Positions 54,855 through 62,877 of a stretch of DNA of 64,000 bases are shown piece after piece. The notes beneath the pieces were generated by a model, which saw nothing but the letters and a program-made list of their open reading frames with translations, was not told the origin of the DNA and did not search any database. The stretch's first letter is position 1. Every line of letters begins with the position of its first letter. The stretch lies in the sequence record MH675927.1. One strand, given 5' to 3'. The position numbers and the translations under genes are program-made. Source of the stretch: Escherichia phage vB_vPM_PD114.

Positions 54855-55115
54855 TTGTTTTTTCTAAAAGTTTTTGATAATGTGATCGCTTTTGAACATG
54901 CTACAACGTTCGACCTGGCGAGATATGCTATCAGGTTTAAAGATAATGTTTATCCCCGTGCTGGCGGCGGTTACACTATTTTTAATCATCGCAACGCGCA
55001 ACTGACTGATGTAACTAATCCAGATCCTGGAGTGTATCGGATAGGCTGGCTACCGTCAAAAGACGCTGCAAGCATGTTTAAGGTATGTAAACTACTAACA
55101 GAAGAGGCGAACTAG
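54855..55115 (+). CDS. hypothetical protein
   Basis: TTG start with RBS GGAGGAT; 86 aa. Confidence 0.45.
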   Translation: MFFLKVFDNVIAFEHATTFDLARYAIRFKDNVYPRAGGGYTIFNHRNAQLTDVTNPDPGVYRIGWLPSKDAASMFKVCKLLTEEAN

Positions 55116-55116
55116 C

Positions 55117-55671
55117 ATGGGGCGTGAATATGTGATCCAGTCCTGGGTAAAGCATGACGCAAATGATCCGCGCATAATACCAGATGACATGATCGATCAC
55201 ATGGTAGGGTATAGCGGGGAGCAGATAGGAAATCGAGCGGCAAAGAGCAACGGCAATACCAGGACGAGATCCGTTCGCCCTGGATGGCTGGCGAATGGTA
55301 ACGCTGACATTGCAAGCGCCGCAGATCCAAGCGATGACGCTAAAAATAATCCCTTGTACAGCATTGATCCGGCTTTTAAGGTGTTGGAAGAGTATCCCGC
55401 TAAATTAGCCGCACTAGATAAGGCATACGCAGAAAAGCGCATGGCATGGACTGTATACAACACCGCTAAAATGGTGCTAGATGCAAAACTAATTAAAGCC
55501 CAGGAGAAGATCAATAAACTTGTTACCATAGCGCAAAAGGAAGACCAGGGCGACCAGGAGGAAGAGGAAGAAATCATGCCTATCCTGGAAGAGGAAGAGA
55601 TCCAGCCATACATGCCGACGGAAGAGGAAAAAAGACAAGCCTTAAAAAATTATGAAAATTGTGTTGTGTAA
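55117..55671 (+). CDS. hypothetical protein with acidic C-terminal tail
   Basis: 184 aa; EEEEE-rich C-terminus. Confidence 0.45.
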   Translation: MGREYVIQSWVKHDANDPRIIPDDMIDHMVGYSGEQIGNRAAKSNGNTRTRSVRPGWLANGNADIASAADPSDDAKNNPLYSIDPAFKVLEEYPAKLAALDKAYAEKRMAWTVYNTAKMVLDAKLIKAQEKINKLVTIAQKEDQGDQEEEEEIMPILEEEEIQPYMPTEEEKRQALKNYENCVV

Positions 55672-55674
55672 GGC

Positions 55675-55729
55675 TTGACATATGCAAACAAGCCCCGTAA
55701 TATATACCACATAGAGCGGGGCAACGCCT
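55675..55729 (+). promoter_or_regulatory. sigma70 promoter (TTGACA-17-TAATAT) with degenerate GC leader element
   Basis: TTGACA 55675-55680, TAATAT 55698-55703, CATAGAGCGGGGCAACGCC downstream. Confidence 0.45.
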
Positions 55730-55751
55730 CAAAGGTGAAATAAAAAATCAC

Positions 55752-55779
55752 TTGACACCTGAAATCAGTAAGCTATAAT
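55752..55779 (+). promoter_or_regulatory. consensus sigma70 promoter (TTGACA-16-TATAAT)
   Basis: Perfect -35 and -10 hexamers at 55752-55757 and 55774-55779, upstream of ATG 55817. Confidence 0.65.
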
Positions 55780-55816
55780 GCTTATATAAATTAAAGCGTT
55801 ACTAAGGAATAAAATC

Positions 55817-56182
55817 ATGGCTAAAAATATCAATGTTTCTGCTTATGCTACCCTGGCTAACACTGCTAAAATTGAACTATCCAGCATTGAAGCGGTACAT
55901 ATTAGCGCCCGTCGCTGGTTTCAAAAGTCTTATGGTAATACTTATTTCTCTTTGATGGTTGACGTTGAGATCGGCGGTAAACTGATTGAAGTCGTTAACG
56001 TTCCGTTTCAATATGGTTATGGTGATCATTTTGATACCGTTGCCCTAGAAGAGTTTAGCAAGGTTATCAACCTGGAAGGTAAAGACTTTTCAAATTATGC
56101 TTACCTTTCCCGTTTTTGCCGTGACAATGGGATCGCTGTATACAGTCATGCAAGCGATGTTAAACGTAAAAAAGATTTATAA
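55817..56182 (+). CDS. hypothetical protein
   Basis: 121 aa. Confidence 0.5.
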   Translation: MAKNINVSAYATLANTAKIELSSIEAVHISARRWFQKSYGNTYFSLMVDVEIGGKLIEVVNVPFQYGYGDHFDTVALEEFSKVINLEGKDFSNYAYLSRFCRDNGIAVYSHASDVKRKKDL

Positions 56183-56188
56183 AAAGCA

Positions 56189-56246
56189 TTGACAGCACGA
56201 ATAAAAAGCATATAATACTTATATCGAGAGCGGGAATAGTTCCCGC
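56189..56246 (+). promoter_or_regulatory. consensus sigma70 promoter (TTGACA-16-TATAAT) plus leader hairpin GCGGGAA-TAG-TTCCCGC
   Basis: TTGACA 56189-56194, TATAAT 56211-56216, hairpin 56230-56246. Confidence 0.65.
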
Positions 56247-56270
56247 CTCACTGAAAAAGAGATTAACATC

Positions 56271-56510
56271 ATGGCTAAATCTAAAATGTACAACGGTCAC
56301 AAAAATAAAACTCATTGGAATGTAAGCCTTTGGATTAATAACGATCCAGGTTTTTATAATATGGCAAAAGAATTTATAGCCGTGAACAACAATAAAGATA
56401 ACGCCGCGCGTGAAATGATGTCACTACTTAACGAAATGGGCCAAACTACTACGCCAGATGGCTATAAATTCAGTAAAACCAGTATCCGCGCCGCTATGGT
56501 AGGAATGTAA
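56271..56510 (+). CDS. hypothetical protein
   Basis: 79 aa. Confidence 0.5.
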   Translation: MAKSKMYNGHKNKTHWNVSLWINNDPGFYNMAKEFIAVNNNKDNAAREMMSLLNEMGQTTTPDGYKFSKTSIRAAMVGM

Positions 56511-56519
56511 TAAAAACAG

Positions 56520-56579
56520 TTGACAACGTTTTTTAAACTGATAAGATGTATCACATAGGGCGGGAAATGGTTTCCCGCC
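56520..56579 (+). promoter_or_regulatory. sigma70 promoter (TTGACA-16-TAAGAT) plus 21-bp palindrome GGCGGGAAATGGTTTCCCGCC
   Basis: Promoter nearly identical over 40 nt to the one at 54182; palindrome 56559-56579. Confidence 0.6.
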
Positions 56580-56601
56580 AAATCAAAGAAAGGTTAACAT
56601 T

Positions 56602-56829
56602 ATGGCTATCGTTATTGTTCGCGTATCCGGTACGGTTGGGATCTCCCAGGTAGTAGCAGTTATCACCGAGAAGAAAGGGGATGATCTTCACTCCTCTTTG
56701 AATAGCTGGGCGGTCGCTAACTTTGGGCAATGGTCGAGCGTTGAGTACATCGAAGCATACCAGGTGCCAACGATTAGCCTAACCGATCTAAATGTTGATC
56801 GCTTGTTGTGCCTGGATCAATTAAACTAA
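56602..56829 (+). CDS. hypothetical protein
   Basis: 75 aa. Confidence 0.5.
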   Translation: MAIVIVRVSGTVGISQVVAVITEKKGDDLHSSLNSWAVANFGQWSSVEYIEAYQVPTISLTDLNVDRLLCLDQLN

Positions 56830-56837
56830 AAATAATA

Positions 56838-56895
56838 TTGACAAGATAACTAAAATCAGTAAAATGTAATGCATAGGGCGGCACTATTGCCGCCC
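56838..56895 (+). promoter_or_regulatory. sigma70 promoter (TTGACA-16-TAAAAT) plus leader hairpin GGGCGGCA-CTAT-TGCCGCCC
   Basis: TTGACA 56838-56843; hairpin 56876-56895. Confidence 0.55.
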
Positions 56896-56916
56896 CTAGT
56901 GAGAGAGATTATCAAA

Positions 56917-57132
56917 ATGGCTAATATCCGCACACTGTTAAAAAATGCAAGTCAAGTTTTATTTTCAGATGACGAGTATTTCAACAAAGACATTACAGGC
57001 GTGAAAAATTTAAAAGACGTGAAGGATGTTATCGGTATCCGTGGATCTTTACGTAAAGATGACATATACGGTAACAAGGTGCAATATAAATTGTCAAAAG
57101 ATTATGATTTTACTTTGACAATTATTTCATAA
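56917..57132 (+). CDS. hypothetical protein
   Basis: Start at ATG 56917 after the leader hairpin; the longer track ORF would start inside the hairpin. Confidence 0.5.
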   Translation: MANIRTLLKNASQVLFSDDEYFNKDITGVKNLKDVKDVIGIRGSLRKDDIYGNKVQYKLSKDYDFTLTIIS

Positions 57133-57138
57133 AACTAC

Positions 57139-57199
57139 TTGCAAACCTGGTAAAATAAAGTAAACTATATTCATTAAGGCGGTAGAATAGCCCACCGCC
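57139..57199 (+). promoter_or_regulatory. sigma70-like promoter (TTGCAA-16-TAAACT) plus leader hairpin GGCGGT...ACCGCC
   Basis: TTGCAA 57139-57144; hairpin 57178-57199. Confidence 0.45.
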
Positions 57200-57222
57200 T
57201 AACAAAGAGAAGAGGAAACATC

Positions 57223-57393
57223 ATGATTACTTTCGCCACCCGTGAAGCCGCTCGCAACGTTGCACGTAAAGTTAACGCCGCCAACCTGGGCGCTACGCTT
57301 AAAGCACCGGTTAAAGATGAATCAGGAAAATGGATCTTTCCTGGTCTGCGTCACGCTGATAAGCTGGGAACATTAACGTTAAAAAATAAATAA
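57223..57393 (+). CDS. small hypothetical basic protein (56 aa; not in ORF track)
   Basis: ATG 57223 with RBS AGAGGAAA after promoter and hairpin. Confidence 0.4.
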   Translation: MITFATREAARNVARKVNAANLGATLKAPVKDESGKWIFPGLRHADKLGTLTLKNK

Positions 57394-57400
57394 TATTCGC

Positions 57401-57459
57401 TTGACAGTAGCATCATTTATAAGTAAAGTAACAACAACGGCGGGAAATGGTTTCCCGCC
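57401..57459 (+). promoter_or_regulatory. sigma70 promoter (TTGACA-17-TAAAGT) plus palindrome GGCGGGAAATGGTTTCCCGCC
   Basis: TTGACA 57401-57406; palindrome 57439-57459. Confidence 0.55.
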
Positions 57460-57479
57460 ATCAATAAAGAGATAAGATT

Positions 57480-57839
57480 ATGAAATCAGCAAAAGCAATT
57501 AAAACTTACATTTTATCGGCTATTTCTTTTGATGGTACTACAACCGAAAAAGAAAAGATCACCGAACTGATGCGCCGTTTTAACTCTGAATACTGGTATC
57601 CCGATAATCAAAAACGTTACAATCATAACATGACCAAGGCGATAGCCTCATGGTTACAAGGTTTACCGTCAGAAGTCAATATTGCTTTTGATTATAATGA
57701 GATCGATCACTTGTTAATTGAATGGAAGTGCATAAAAGAAACAAGCAAAGAAACAACCGTTACCCGTGAGCGGGAAAATTATTGGTTATATATTGCAAGC
57801 ATGATCGTAATCCTGGCAAAACAGCATAACGTGGCGTAA
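57480..57839 (+). CDS. hypothetical protein
   Basis: 119 aa. Confidence 0.5.
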   Translation: MKSAKAIKTYILSAISFDGTTTEKEKITELMRRFNSEYWYPDNQKRYNHNMTKAIASWLQGLPSEVNIAFDYNEIDHLLIEWKCIKETSKETTVTRERENYWLYIASMIVILAKQHNVA

Positions 57840-57854
57840 TTAAGAGGAAGAAAC

Positions 57855-57992
57855 ATGAACGCATCACAGCAGATCGAAAAATTCAACCGCAGCAAGGCGC
57901 GTAAAGATTGGAACGAAGAGATCACCAAAAAAGGCGATAAGCGGAACAAAACAAAAAGAGATCGCAGCACAAAAAGACACTGGAACGAATAA
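57855..57992 (+). CDS. small hypothetical basic protein (45 aa; not in ORF track)
   Basis: ATG 57855 with RBS GAGGAAG; K/R-rich; followed by a terminator. Confidence 0.35.
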   Translation: MNASQQIEKFNRSKARKDWNEEITKKGDKRNKTKRDRSTKRHWNE

Positions 57993-57994
57993 CA

Positions 57995-58021
57995 AAAAGG
58001 GCGCAATAAGCGCCCTTTTAG
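57995..58021 (+). terminator. rho-independent terminator (GGGCGC-AATA-GCGCCC)
   Basis: Hairpin with A-run before and T-run after; same hairpin at 62880. Confidence 0.7.
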
Positions 58022-58110
58022 CTTATATAGAGGCTTGTTACCCATAGGCAATGGTAACGCCAGGGCAAGCCTATAAATCAACGTTAGACGGCTTTACAGG
58101 AGCTTTAAAA

Positions 58111-58293
58111 ATGAGATTAGAAGAAATAAGCAAGGCACTAGCCCAGGGGCAAAGGTTATGCGCCCGATATCGTGATCAATATGGCTTCATAACTAGCGGC
58201 GTGATCCTGGGGATTGAAGGCAATAAAATTTTTATTGACACGTTGAAAAACGTTGTATATAGTGACAATATAATCTCAATAAAACATATATGA
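58111..58293 (+). CDS. hypothetical protein
   Basis: Start at ATG 58111 (RBS CAGGAG); 60 aa. Confidence 0.4.
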   Translation: MRLEEISKALAQGQRLCARYRDQYGFITSGVILGIEGNKIFIDTLKNVVYSDNIISIKHI

Positions 58294-58301
58294 GGCAAGA
58301 A

Positions 58302-58703
58302 ATGAAAAAATTATTGATCGCTGGTTTAATCTCTTTTGGCATGGTTGGAACATCTAGCGCGGCGATATCCTCCACAATAGCAGAATTAAGCGCCGTTGAT
58401 GCAATGGAAAACGTCATGATCATTAATAACGCGATCCCCGATGAAATCATGGAGGATTCTCACATGATCGCTTATGGTGCTGTTACACAATTAACGGCAA
58501 AAATAGATAAATCTATTGTTAATGGCTTAAATGAAGATGTACCATGTGAAATTATTACCAGTGTGCTAACGACTCAAAATTTTACGCCGTGGCTAAAAAG
58601 TATTCAAAAGGTACACAGCACCGCCGCAGATCGTAGCAATGAAAAACTAGTGTCAGCACTTGCAACGTATACCCTAGCAAAATGTACCGAAATAAAAGAT
58701 TGA
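58302..58703 (+). CDS. hypothetical secreted protein
   Basis: Signal peptide MKKLLIAGLISFGMVGTSSAA; start ATG 58302 (RBS GAGG). Confidence 0.5.
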   Translation: MKKLLIAGLISFGMVGTSSAAISSTIAELSAVDAMENVMIINNAIPDEIMEDSHMIAYGAVTQLTAKIDKSIVNGLNEDVPCEIITSVLTTQNFTPWLKSIQKVHSTAADRSNEKLVSALATYTLAKCTEIKD

Positions 58704-58728
58704 CAACATAGAAAGCACGTTATAAGAT
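58700..58728 (+). promoter_or_regulatory. sigma70 promoter (TTGACA-17-TAAGAT)
   Basis: TTGACA 58700-58705, TAAGAT 58723-58728, followed by RBS AAAGGAGA and ATG 58751. Confidence 0.55.
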
Positions 58729-58750
58729 ACACACAACAAAGGAGAACTAC

Positions 58751-59053
58751 ATGAACGGCATAGCTAAAACGTTTTTTCTTTTTTCTGGTGTAAATGATCC
58801 ATCAATAAAAGTCGATAGTGTAAAAGAAAACAACACTATCACCGCTAAATTGTTTCAAGATGAAACAAATAACGTGCTAATCATTAATCTTAAAGAAATA
58901 ACGAAAGGTTATTATACTATTGCTTACCATGCGATCTATCATGCGGGTACTAGTGAGGAAGTGCAAACAAGCAACAACGAAAGCGCGGCGCTACCTGGTG
59001 ATCTGGTGCTGGGCGTTATCAGTTTAATTGTCAATGATTTTTTTAAGGAGTAA
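58751..59053 (+). CDS. hypothetical protein
   Basis: 100 aa. Confidence 0.5.
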   Translation: MNGIAKTFFLFSGVNDPSIKVDSVKENNTITAKLFQDETNNVLIINLKEITKGYYTIAYHAIYHAGTSEEVQTSNNESAALPGDLVLGVISLIVNDFFKE

Positions 59054-59057
59054 AACC

Positions 59058-59153
59058 ATGCCCTATTTACATTTATTTTTCGGTATCTTATTGACAGGAT
59101 CTTTTTTCTTCTGTATGCTTGTTTCTATTGTAAACCACGTTTTAAGACATTAA
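59058..59153 (+). CDS. small hydrophobic peptide (31 aa; not in ORF track)
   Basis: ATG with RBS AAGGAG; single TM helix. Confidence 0.25.
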   Translation: MPYLHLFFGILLTGSFFFCMLVSIVNHVLRH

Positions 59154-59162
59154 GGAAACAGC

Positions 59163-59282
59163 ATGAAAATTATTCCCGTACAGTATAGCGTAATAAATCC
59201 AGCATATGAGGAAGGAAGGAAAACAAGCATGGTTTTATGTTGTATTGCTACTATAGCCATGTTATTATACATTGTGTTTTAA
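59163..59282 (+). CDS. small hydrophobic peptide (39 aa; not in ORF track)
   Basis: ATG with RBS AAGGAAA; C-terminal TM helix. Confidence 0.25.
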   Translation: MKIIPVQYSVINPAYEEGRKTSMVLCCIATIAMLLYIVF

Positions 59283-59311
59283 TAGGTTTTATAGTTGTAC
59301 GCTTTAAAGGC

Positions 59312-59363
59312 TTGACAATTTTTTGTTATGCTTTAAACTATATCTTGAAAACGGCAAAGGCCG
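59312..59363 (+). promoter_or_regulatory. sigma70-like promoter (TTGACA-16-TAAACT) plus short leader hairpin CGGC-AAAG-GCCG
   Basis: TTGACA 59312-59317; hairpin 59352-59363. Confidence 0.45.
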
Positions 59364-59382
59364 CAAACAAAAGGGTAAAATT

Positions 59383-59706
59383 ATGAAATCTGTGATCGGT
59401 GTTTATTTGGATAACTCTGATTTTTTCTATCATCGTGCGCGTTTCCTTGATGCGATTGAAATGATAGAATCAGGCTTTAAAGAATACCGCCTTGCACATG
59501 ATGACCTGGAAGCATTACAGGGCAATAGTGTTTTTACATTGCAAGCGAAAGCACTATGCAAAAGCCGGATCGACATTGCGAGCAAAAAGATAGAACGCGG
59601 CATGTCCTGGTTGCGCACCGCAGAAATCAACATGGGGCAATGGTACGGCGAAAACTTAGAAAATAAACGCCCTTTTGTAAATGTAGAAAATCTTAAAGAT
59701 TATTGA
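59383..59706 (+). CDS. hypothetical protein
   Basis: Start at ATG 59383 (RBS AAAAGGG); 107 aa. Confidence 0.5.
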   Translation: MKSVIGVYLDNSDFFYHRARFLDAIEMIESGFKEYRLAHDDLEALQGNSVFTLQAKALCKSRIDIASKKIERGMSWLRTAEINMGQWYGENLENKRPFVNVENLKDY

Positions 59707-59768
59707 TTGACAGCACACCTGATAAGTAATATATTGTATCTCATAGAGCGGGGAAATGGTTTCCCCGC
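59706..59768 (+). promoter_or_regulatory. sigma70 promoter (TTGACA-17-TATATT) plus leader hairpin GCGGGGAAA-TGGT-TTTCCCCGC
   Basis: TTGACA 59706-59711, TATATT 59729-59734, hairpin 59747-59768. Confidence 0.55.
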
Positions 59769-59789
59769 CTAACAGAAGAGAGAAAAATC

Positions 59790-60074
59790 ATGAAAATCAC
59801 AAAAAGCCTAACTAATTATGCAGCACGTCGCGGATTATGTTTAACCGTTGAAAACTTAGGGAAAGAAGACTTTTTGTGTTTTTGGGAGCTTGAAAATGAT
59901 TGCGAGTGGATGTTTTCTTATTCTATCTGCGAAGATCAAAACGGTTGTTTGTTAACCTGGCGCGGTAATATCTATTTACCGGAAGAAATTAAAGAAGAGT
60001 TACCAGGTACGATCATGACAGAGAGACAGCTTAAGGAAGTGATCAATTTTGTAGGGCAAAACATTAAAAAATAA
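59790..60074 (+). CDS. hypothetical protein
   Basis: 94 aa. Confidence 0.5.
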   Translation: MKITKSLTNYAARRGLCLTVENLGKEDFLCFWELENDCEWMFSYSICEDQNGCLLTWRGNIYLPEEIKEELPGTIMTERQLKEVINFVGQNIKK

Positions 60075-60075
60075 T

Positions 60076-60136
60076 TTGACAGCACGCAAACAACGTAGTA
60101 AAGTTTATTACATAGAGCGGTGGACCATTCCGCCGC
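60076..60136 (+). promoter_or_regulatory. sigma70 promoter (TTGACA-17-TAAAGT) plus leader hairpin GCGGTGGA-CCAT-TCCGCCGC
   Basis: TTGACA 60076-60081, TAAAGT 60099-60104, hairpin 60117-60136 (one mismatch in stem). Confidence 0.5.
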
Positions 60137-60159
60137 TCACAACAGAAGAGAAACAAATC

Positions 60160-60330
60160 ATGATCCCGACTATGTTTTATGTATCGCGCAAAGGTCACAA
60201 TATTTTTTGGTCTGAAGATTTAAATGAAGCCATGACGTTTGCCCGTAATCGTGTTGCTATCGGTGGCGTTAACATCACCGTAACCGATGAAAACGGCATT
60301 GAATACTATAACGGCGACGATGAAGAATAA
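60160..60330 (+). CDS. hypothetical protein
   Basis: Start at ATG 60160 after the hairpin; 56 aa. Confidence 0.45.
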   Translation: MIPTMFYVSRKGHNIFWSEDLNEAMTFARNRVAIGGVNITVTDENGIEYYNGDDEE

Positions 60331-60337
60331 TTAATGA

Positions 60338-60357
60338 GGCGGGGGAGTATTCCCGCC
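60338..60357 (+). promoter_or_regulatory. intergenic GC hairpin without an obvious promoter (GGCGGG-GGAGTATT-CCCGCC)
   Basis: Same hairpin family as the leader elements, but directly between two genes of one transcription unit. Confidence 0.4.
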
Positions 60358-60376
60358 ATTAATAAAGAGGTAAATC

Positions 60377-60652
60377 ATGAAAATATCATTGGACGTTGCA
60401 ATCAAGGCCATCGAATCCGGTTACACCCTGGTAAAAGATGATAAGGCTAAAATAGTGCATCATGTTAACAAGGAAACAGGCGAAAGCATGATCACATATA
60501 AAGCCGCCTACTTTCTCCAATCAGTAGCAGATCCGCGCGTACAACGCCAGGTTACGGCGGCTATTGCTAAAAAATTATGTGCTTTACAGGGTACAAGTTT
60601 TAACGAGATCGCCCCGTGTTTTGACTGGTCGAGCTTGAAAAAATTAGTTTGA
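60377..60652 (+). CDS. hypothetical protein
   Basis: 91 aa; RBS AAAGAGG. Confidence 0.5.
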   Translation: MKISLDVAIKAIESGYTLVKDDKAKIVHHVNKETGESMITYKAAYFLQSVADPRVQRQVTAAIAKKLCALQGTSFNEIAPCFDWSSLKKLV

Positions 60653-60710
60653 CAACAGTCAACAATCTGGTAAAGTGTACTACATAGGGCGGGGCAATAA
60701 GGCAACGCCC
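60649..60710 (+). promoter_or_regulatory. sigma70 promoter (TTGACA-16-TAAAGT) plus GC-rich leader element
   Basis: TTGACA 60649-60654, TAAAGT 60671-60676, GGGCGGGGCAATAAGGCAACGCCC 60687-60710. Confidence 0.5.
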
Positions 60711-60728
60711 ATTAATGATGGTAGAATC

Positions 60729-60833
60729 ATGTTAGAGAAAATTTTCACGGTTGTAATAGTGGGCCTGGCGTTATCGGTTGGAGTGGTTGCAACTATGGCT
60801 AATATGATCCTATCTTCCCACGGTATCGGTTAA
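60729..60833 (+). CDS. small hydrophobic peptide (34 aa; not in ORF track)
   Basis: ATG 60729; single TM helix. Confidence 0.3.
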   Translation: MLEKIFTVVIVGLALSVGVVATMANMILSSHGIG

Positions 60834-60847
60834 AAGAGAGACACAGC

Positions 60848-61234
60848 ATGAAAACAGAAATCATTATTGAAATCATCAACGGTTATAAAGAAGCCTTTAT
60901 TTTTGCTGAATCAGCAAGGGATCATGAAGGTAATTTTATTGAAAACTTAGACGATTATGATTTTTCTCCTAGCGCGGATCAACGGATCGCCCAGGATGTA
61001 ACAGCCTTTATTAATGCTAATCTTGCCGCTATCTCTGAGGCAATGAGCGACGGCGCAACAGCCAACCAGATCGGGAATGATTTACATTTTACTCGTAACG
61101 ATCATGGCGTTGGTTTTTGGGATCGCCCTGAAATATACACTACTAACACAGCAAACCGTTTAACTAATGCAGCTAAATTAATGCCATCGGTGCATGCTTA
61201 CATTGGTGAAGATAATTTGATTTATATTGAATAA
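60848..61234 (+). CDS. hypothetical protein
   Basis: 128 aa; RBS AAAGAGAGA. Confidence 0.5.
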   Translation: MKTEIIIEIINGYKEAFIFAESARDHEGNFIENLDDYDFSPSADQRIAQDVTAFINANLAAISEAMSDGATANQIGNDLHFTRNDHGVGFWDRPEIYTTNTANRLTNAAKLMPSVHAYIGEDNLIYIE

Positions 61235-61240
61235 AAAGTG

Positions 61241-61299
61241 TTGACACCGATCCCCAATATGGTATTATTTACCACGTAGGCGGGAAATGGTTTCCCGCC
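61241..61299 (+). promoter_or_regulatory. sigma70 promoter (TTGACA-16-TATTAT) plus palindrome GGCGGGAAATGGTTTCCCGCC
   Basis: TTGACA 61241-61246; palindrome 61279-61299 (third identical copy). Confidence 0.55.
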
Positions 61300-61322
61300 A
61301 GGTAATCAAAAAGGTAAATACT

Positions 61323-61712
61323 ATGCGCAACCTGGTTTCTGTTTCTAACGTTGAAAAATTCCAATCCTTGCAGGGTATCGTTAACAACGTAGCGCCTTTT
61401 TTAGTCAATGGCTTGATTGCAAAGATGAAAAATAAACATCATGCGGCATGGTCTGCTTACTGCTTTGATAATGATGAAAAAGCGGCTGAAATGATGTTAA
61501 ATATGCTGCTAGACAGTGTAGAATCATCTTTACCGGAAAACATCGCAGAAGAGATCACCTATCGTTATAATATGGCGATCACTTACCAGGAAGTAGCACA
61601 GTTTAACATGATGGATGAAGATGACCAACAGGATCAGGAAATGTTTTGGGAGTATGCTGATCGTCAATCGGCTTTTGATGAAAAATTAGCGATGTATTAT
61701 AACGAATATTAA
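61323..61712 (+). CDS. hypothetical protein
   Basis: Start at ATG 61323 (RBS AAAAAGG) after the palindrome; 129 aa. Confidence 0.5.
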   Translation: MRNLVSVSNVEKFQSLQGIVNNVAPFLVNGLIAKMKNKHHAAWSAYCFDNDEKAAEMMLNMLLDSVESSLPENIAEEITYRYNMAITYQEVAQFNMMDEDDQQDQEMFWEYADRQSAFDEKLAMYYNEY

Positions 61713-61724
61713 TACACGGTAAAA

Positions 61725-61754
61725 GAAAGGGGCGCACTAAGCGCCCTTTTTTGT
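61725..61754 (+). terminator. rho-independent terminator (GGGGCGC-ACTA-AGCGCCC)
   Basis: Hairpin followed by TTTTTTG. Confidence 0.7.
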
Positions 61755-62097
61755 ATTCTTTTTTCACGATAGAAACAACACGTAAAGAATAGGCGTAAAG
61801 GTGGCGTAAAACCATCTAAAACCGATTGTAACCGCTTAAACAAGGTAGGGATGATTAATCACCTTACCAGGACGAAAAAGCCGTTATAAAGCTATCTAGA
61901 GCGTTTAAAGCACATAGGAAATAATTTGCTTTTTATCTTGCCTTTTATTCTGCTTTTGATTATTATTATGGAACGGGCGGCACCTGGGGACAGGGGAAGA
62001 TAATCACCGGAAGATCCCGCTATATATTGATAGCTAACATCTATCAAACAACAAAACATCAAAGGAATAAACTATCAAATCTTTACAATCTCACCTA

Positions 62098-62156
62098 TTG
62101 ACACCGGATCGCCCTTATACTAAGATGTATCACGTAGGCGGGAAGTGGTTTCCCGC
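62098..62156 (+). promoter_or_regulatory. sigma70 promoter (TTGACA-17-TAAGAT) plus leader hairpin GCGGGAA-GTGG-TTCCCGC
   Basis: TTGACA 62098-62103, TAAGAT 62121-62126, hairpin 62138-62156. Confidence 0.6.
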
Positions 62157-62175
62157 TCAATATAGGAATCATATC

Positions 62176-62406
62176 ATGATCGAACAAATTAAACGCGCTG
62201 AGGCTATTAACGGCAATGTGATCTATTCTGTCAGCAATAACGAAAAAGGCGTACCTTATGCAGCGGTGATAGTACAGCCTGACGGTGATTATTGGTTTAC
62301 TGTATACGGATCTTATTCTTTTGGGCGTCCAGTACATGATAAAATTTTGAAAGTAGCTAATCCCACCGGCAAGAATATCACAGTAGAAAAATTCTATGAA
62401 AAATAA
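62176..62406 (+). CDS. hypothetical protein
   Basis: Start at ATG 62176 after the hairpin; 76 aa. Confidence 0.5.
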   Translation: MIEQIKRAEAINGNVIYSVSNNEKGVPYAAVIVQPDGDYWFTVYGSYSFGRPVHDKILKVANPTGKNITVEKFYEK

Positions 62407-62407
62407 C

Positions 62408-62436
62408 TTGCTTTATAGCCTCTGTTAATTTATAGT
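62408..62436 (+). promoter_or_regulatory. sigma70-like promoter (TTGCTT-17-TATAGT)
   Basis: Hexamers at 62408-62413 and 62431-62436 upstream of ATG 62482. Confidence 0.45.
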
Positions 62437-62481
62437 TATCGTGTAGGGCAAGCAATTTTAAACGGTAAACGAGGAATCTCC

Positions 62482-62865
62482 ATGAGCAATATCATCAACC
62501 TGGCGGCTACTGTAAACGGTAAAGATTTTAATGGCGCTGTAGATCGTGATCCTATGTGGTGCTTATCCGTATTCAAAGGTGACTTGGTTGAAGTTAGAAC
62601 AACCGAAGGTTATAGCGACGATTATAAATGTGAGATTCATTTGCACAACTGGTACACGGGTAAAACTTATGCGCTGAATCATGCGTTTATCGGGAAAATT
62701 GAATATCGCGAGATGATCGACGAGGAAACCGGGCAAGATTTTAGCGATTATGTTTATATTCGTTCAGAAACATTAGCCGAACGTTTGATCGAGAAAATGA
62801 AAGCAAAAAATAAAATTAATTTAGCTCATTGGCTTGATATAACAAACGATCCGGCTTATAAGTAA
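62482..62865 (+). CDS. hypothetical protein
   Basis: 127 aa; RBS GAGGAA; last gene before the terminator and AT-rich region. Confidence 0.5.
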   Translation: MSNIINLAATVNGKDFNGAVDRDPMWCLSVFKGDLVEVRTTEGYSDDYKCEIHLHNWYTGKTYALNHAFIGKIEYREMIDEETGQDFSDYVYIRSETLAERLIEKMKAKNKINLAHWLDITNDPAYK

Positions 62866-62877
62866 ATAACATTTCAC

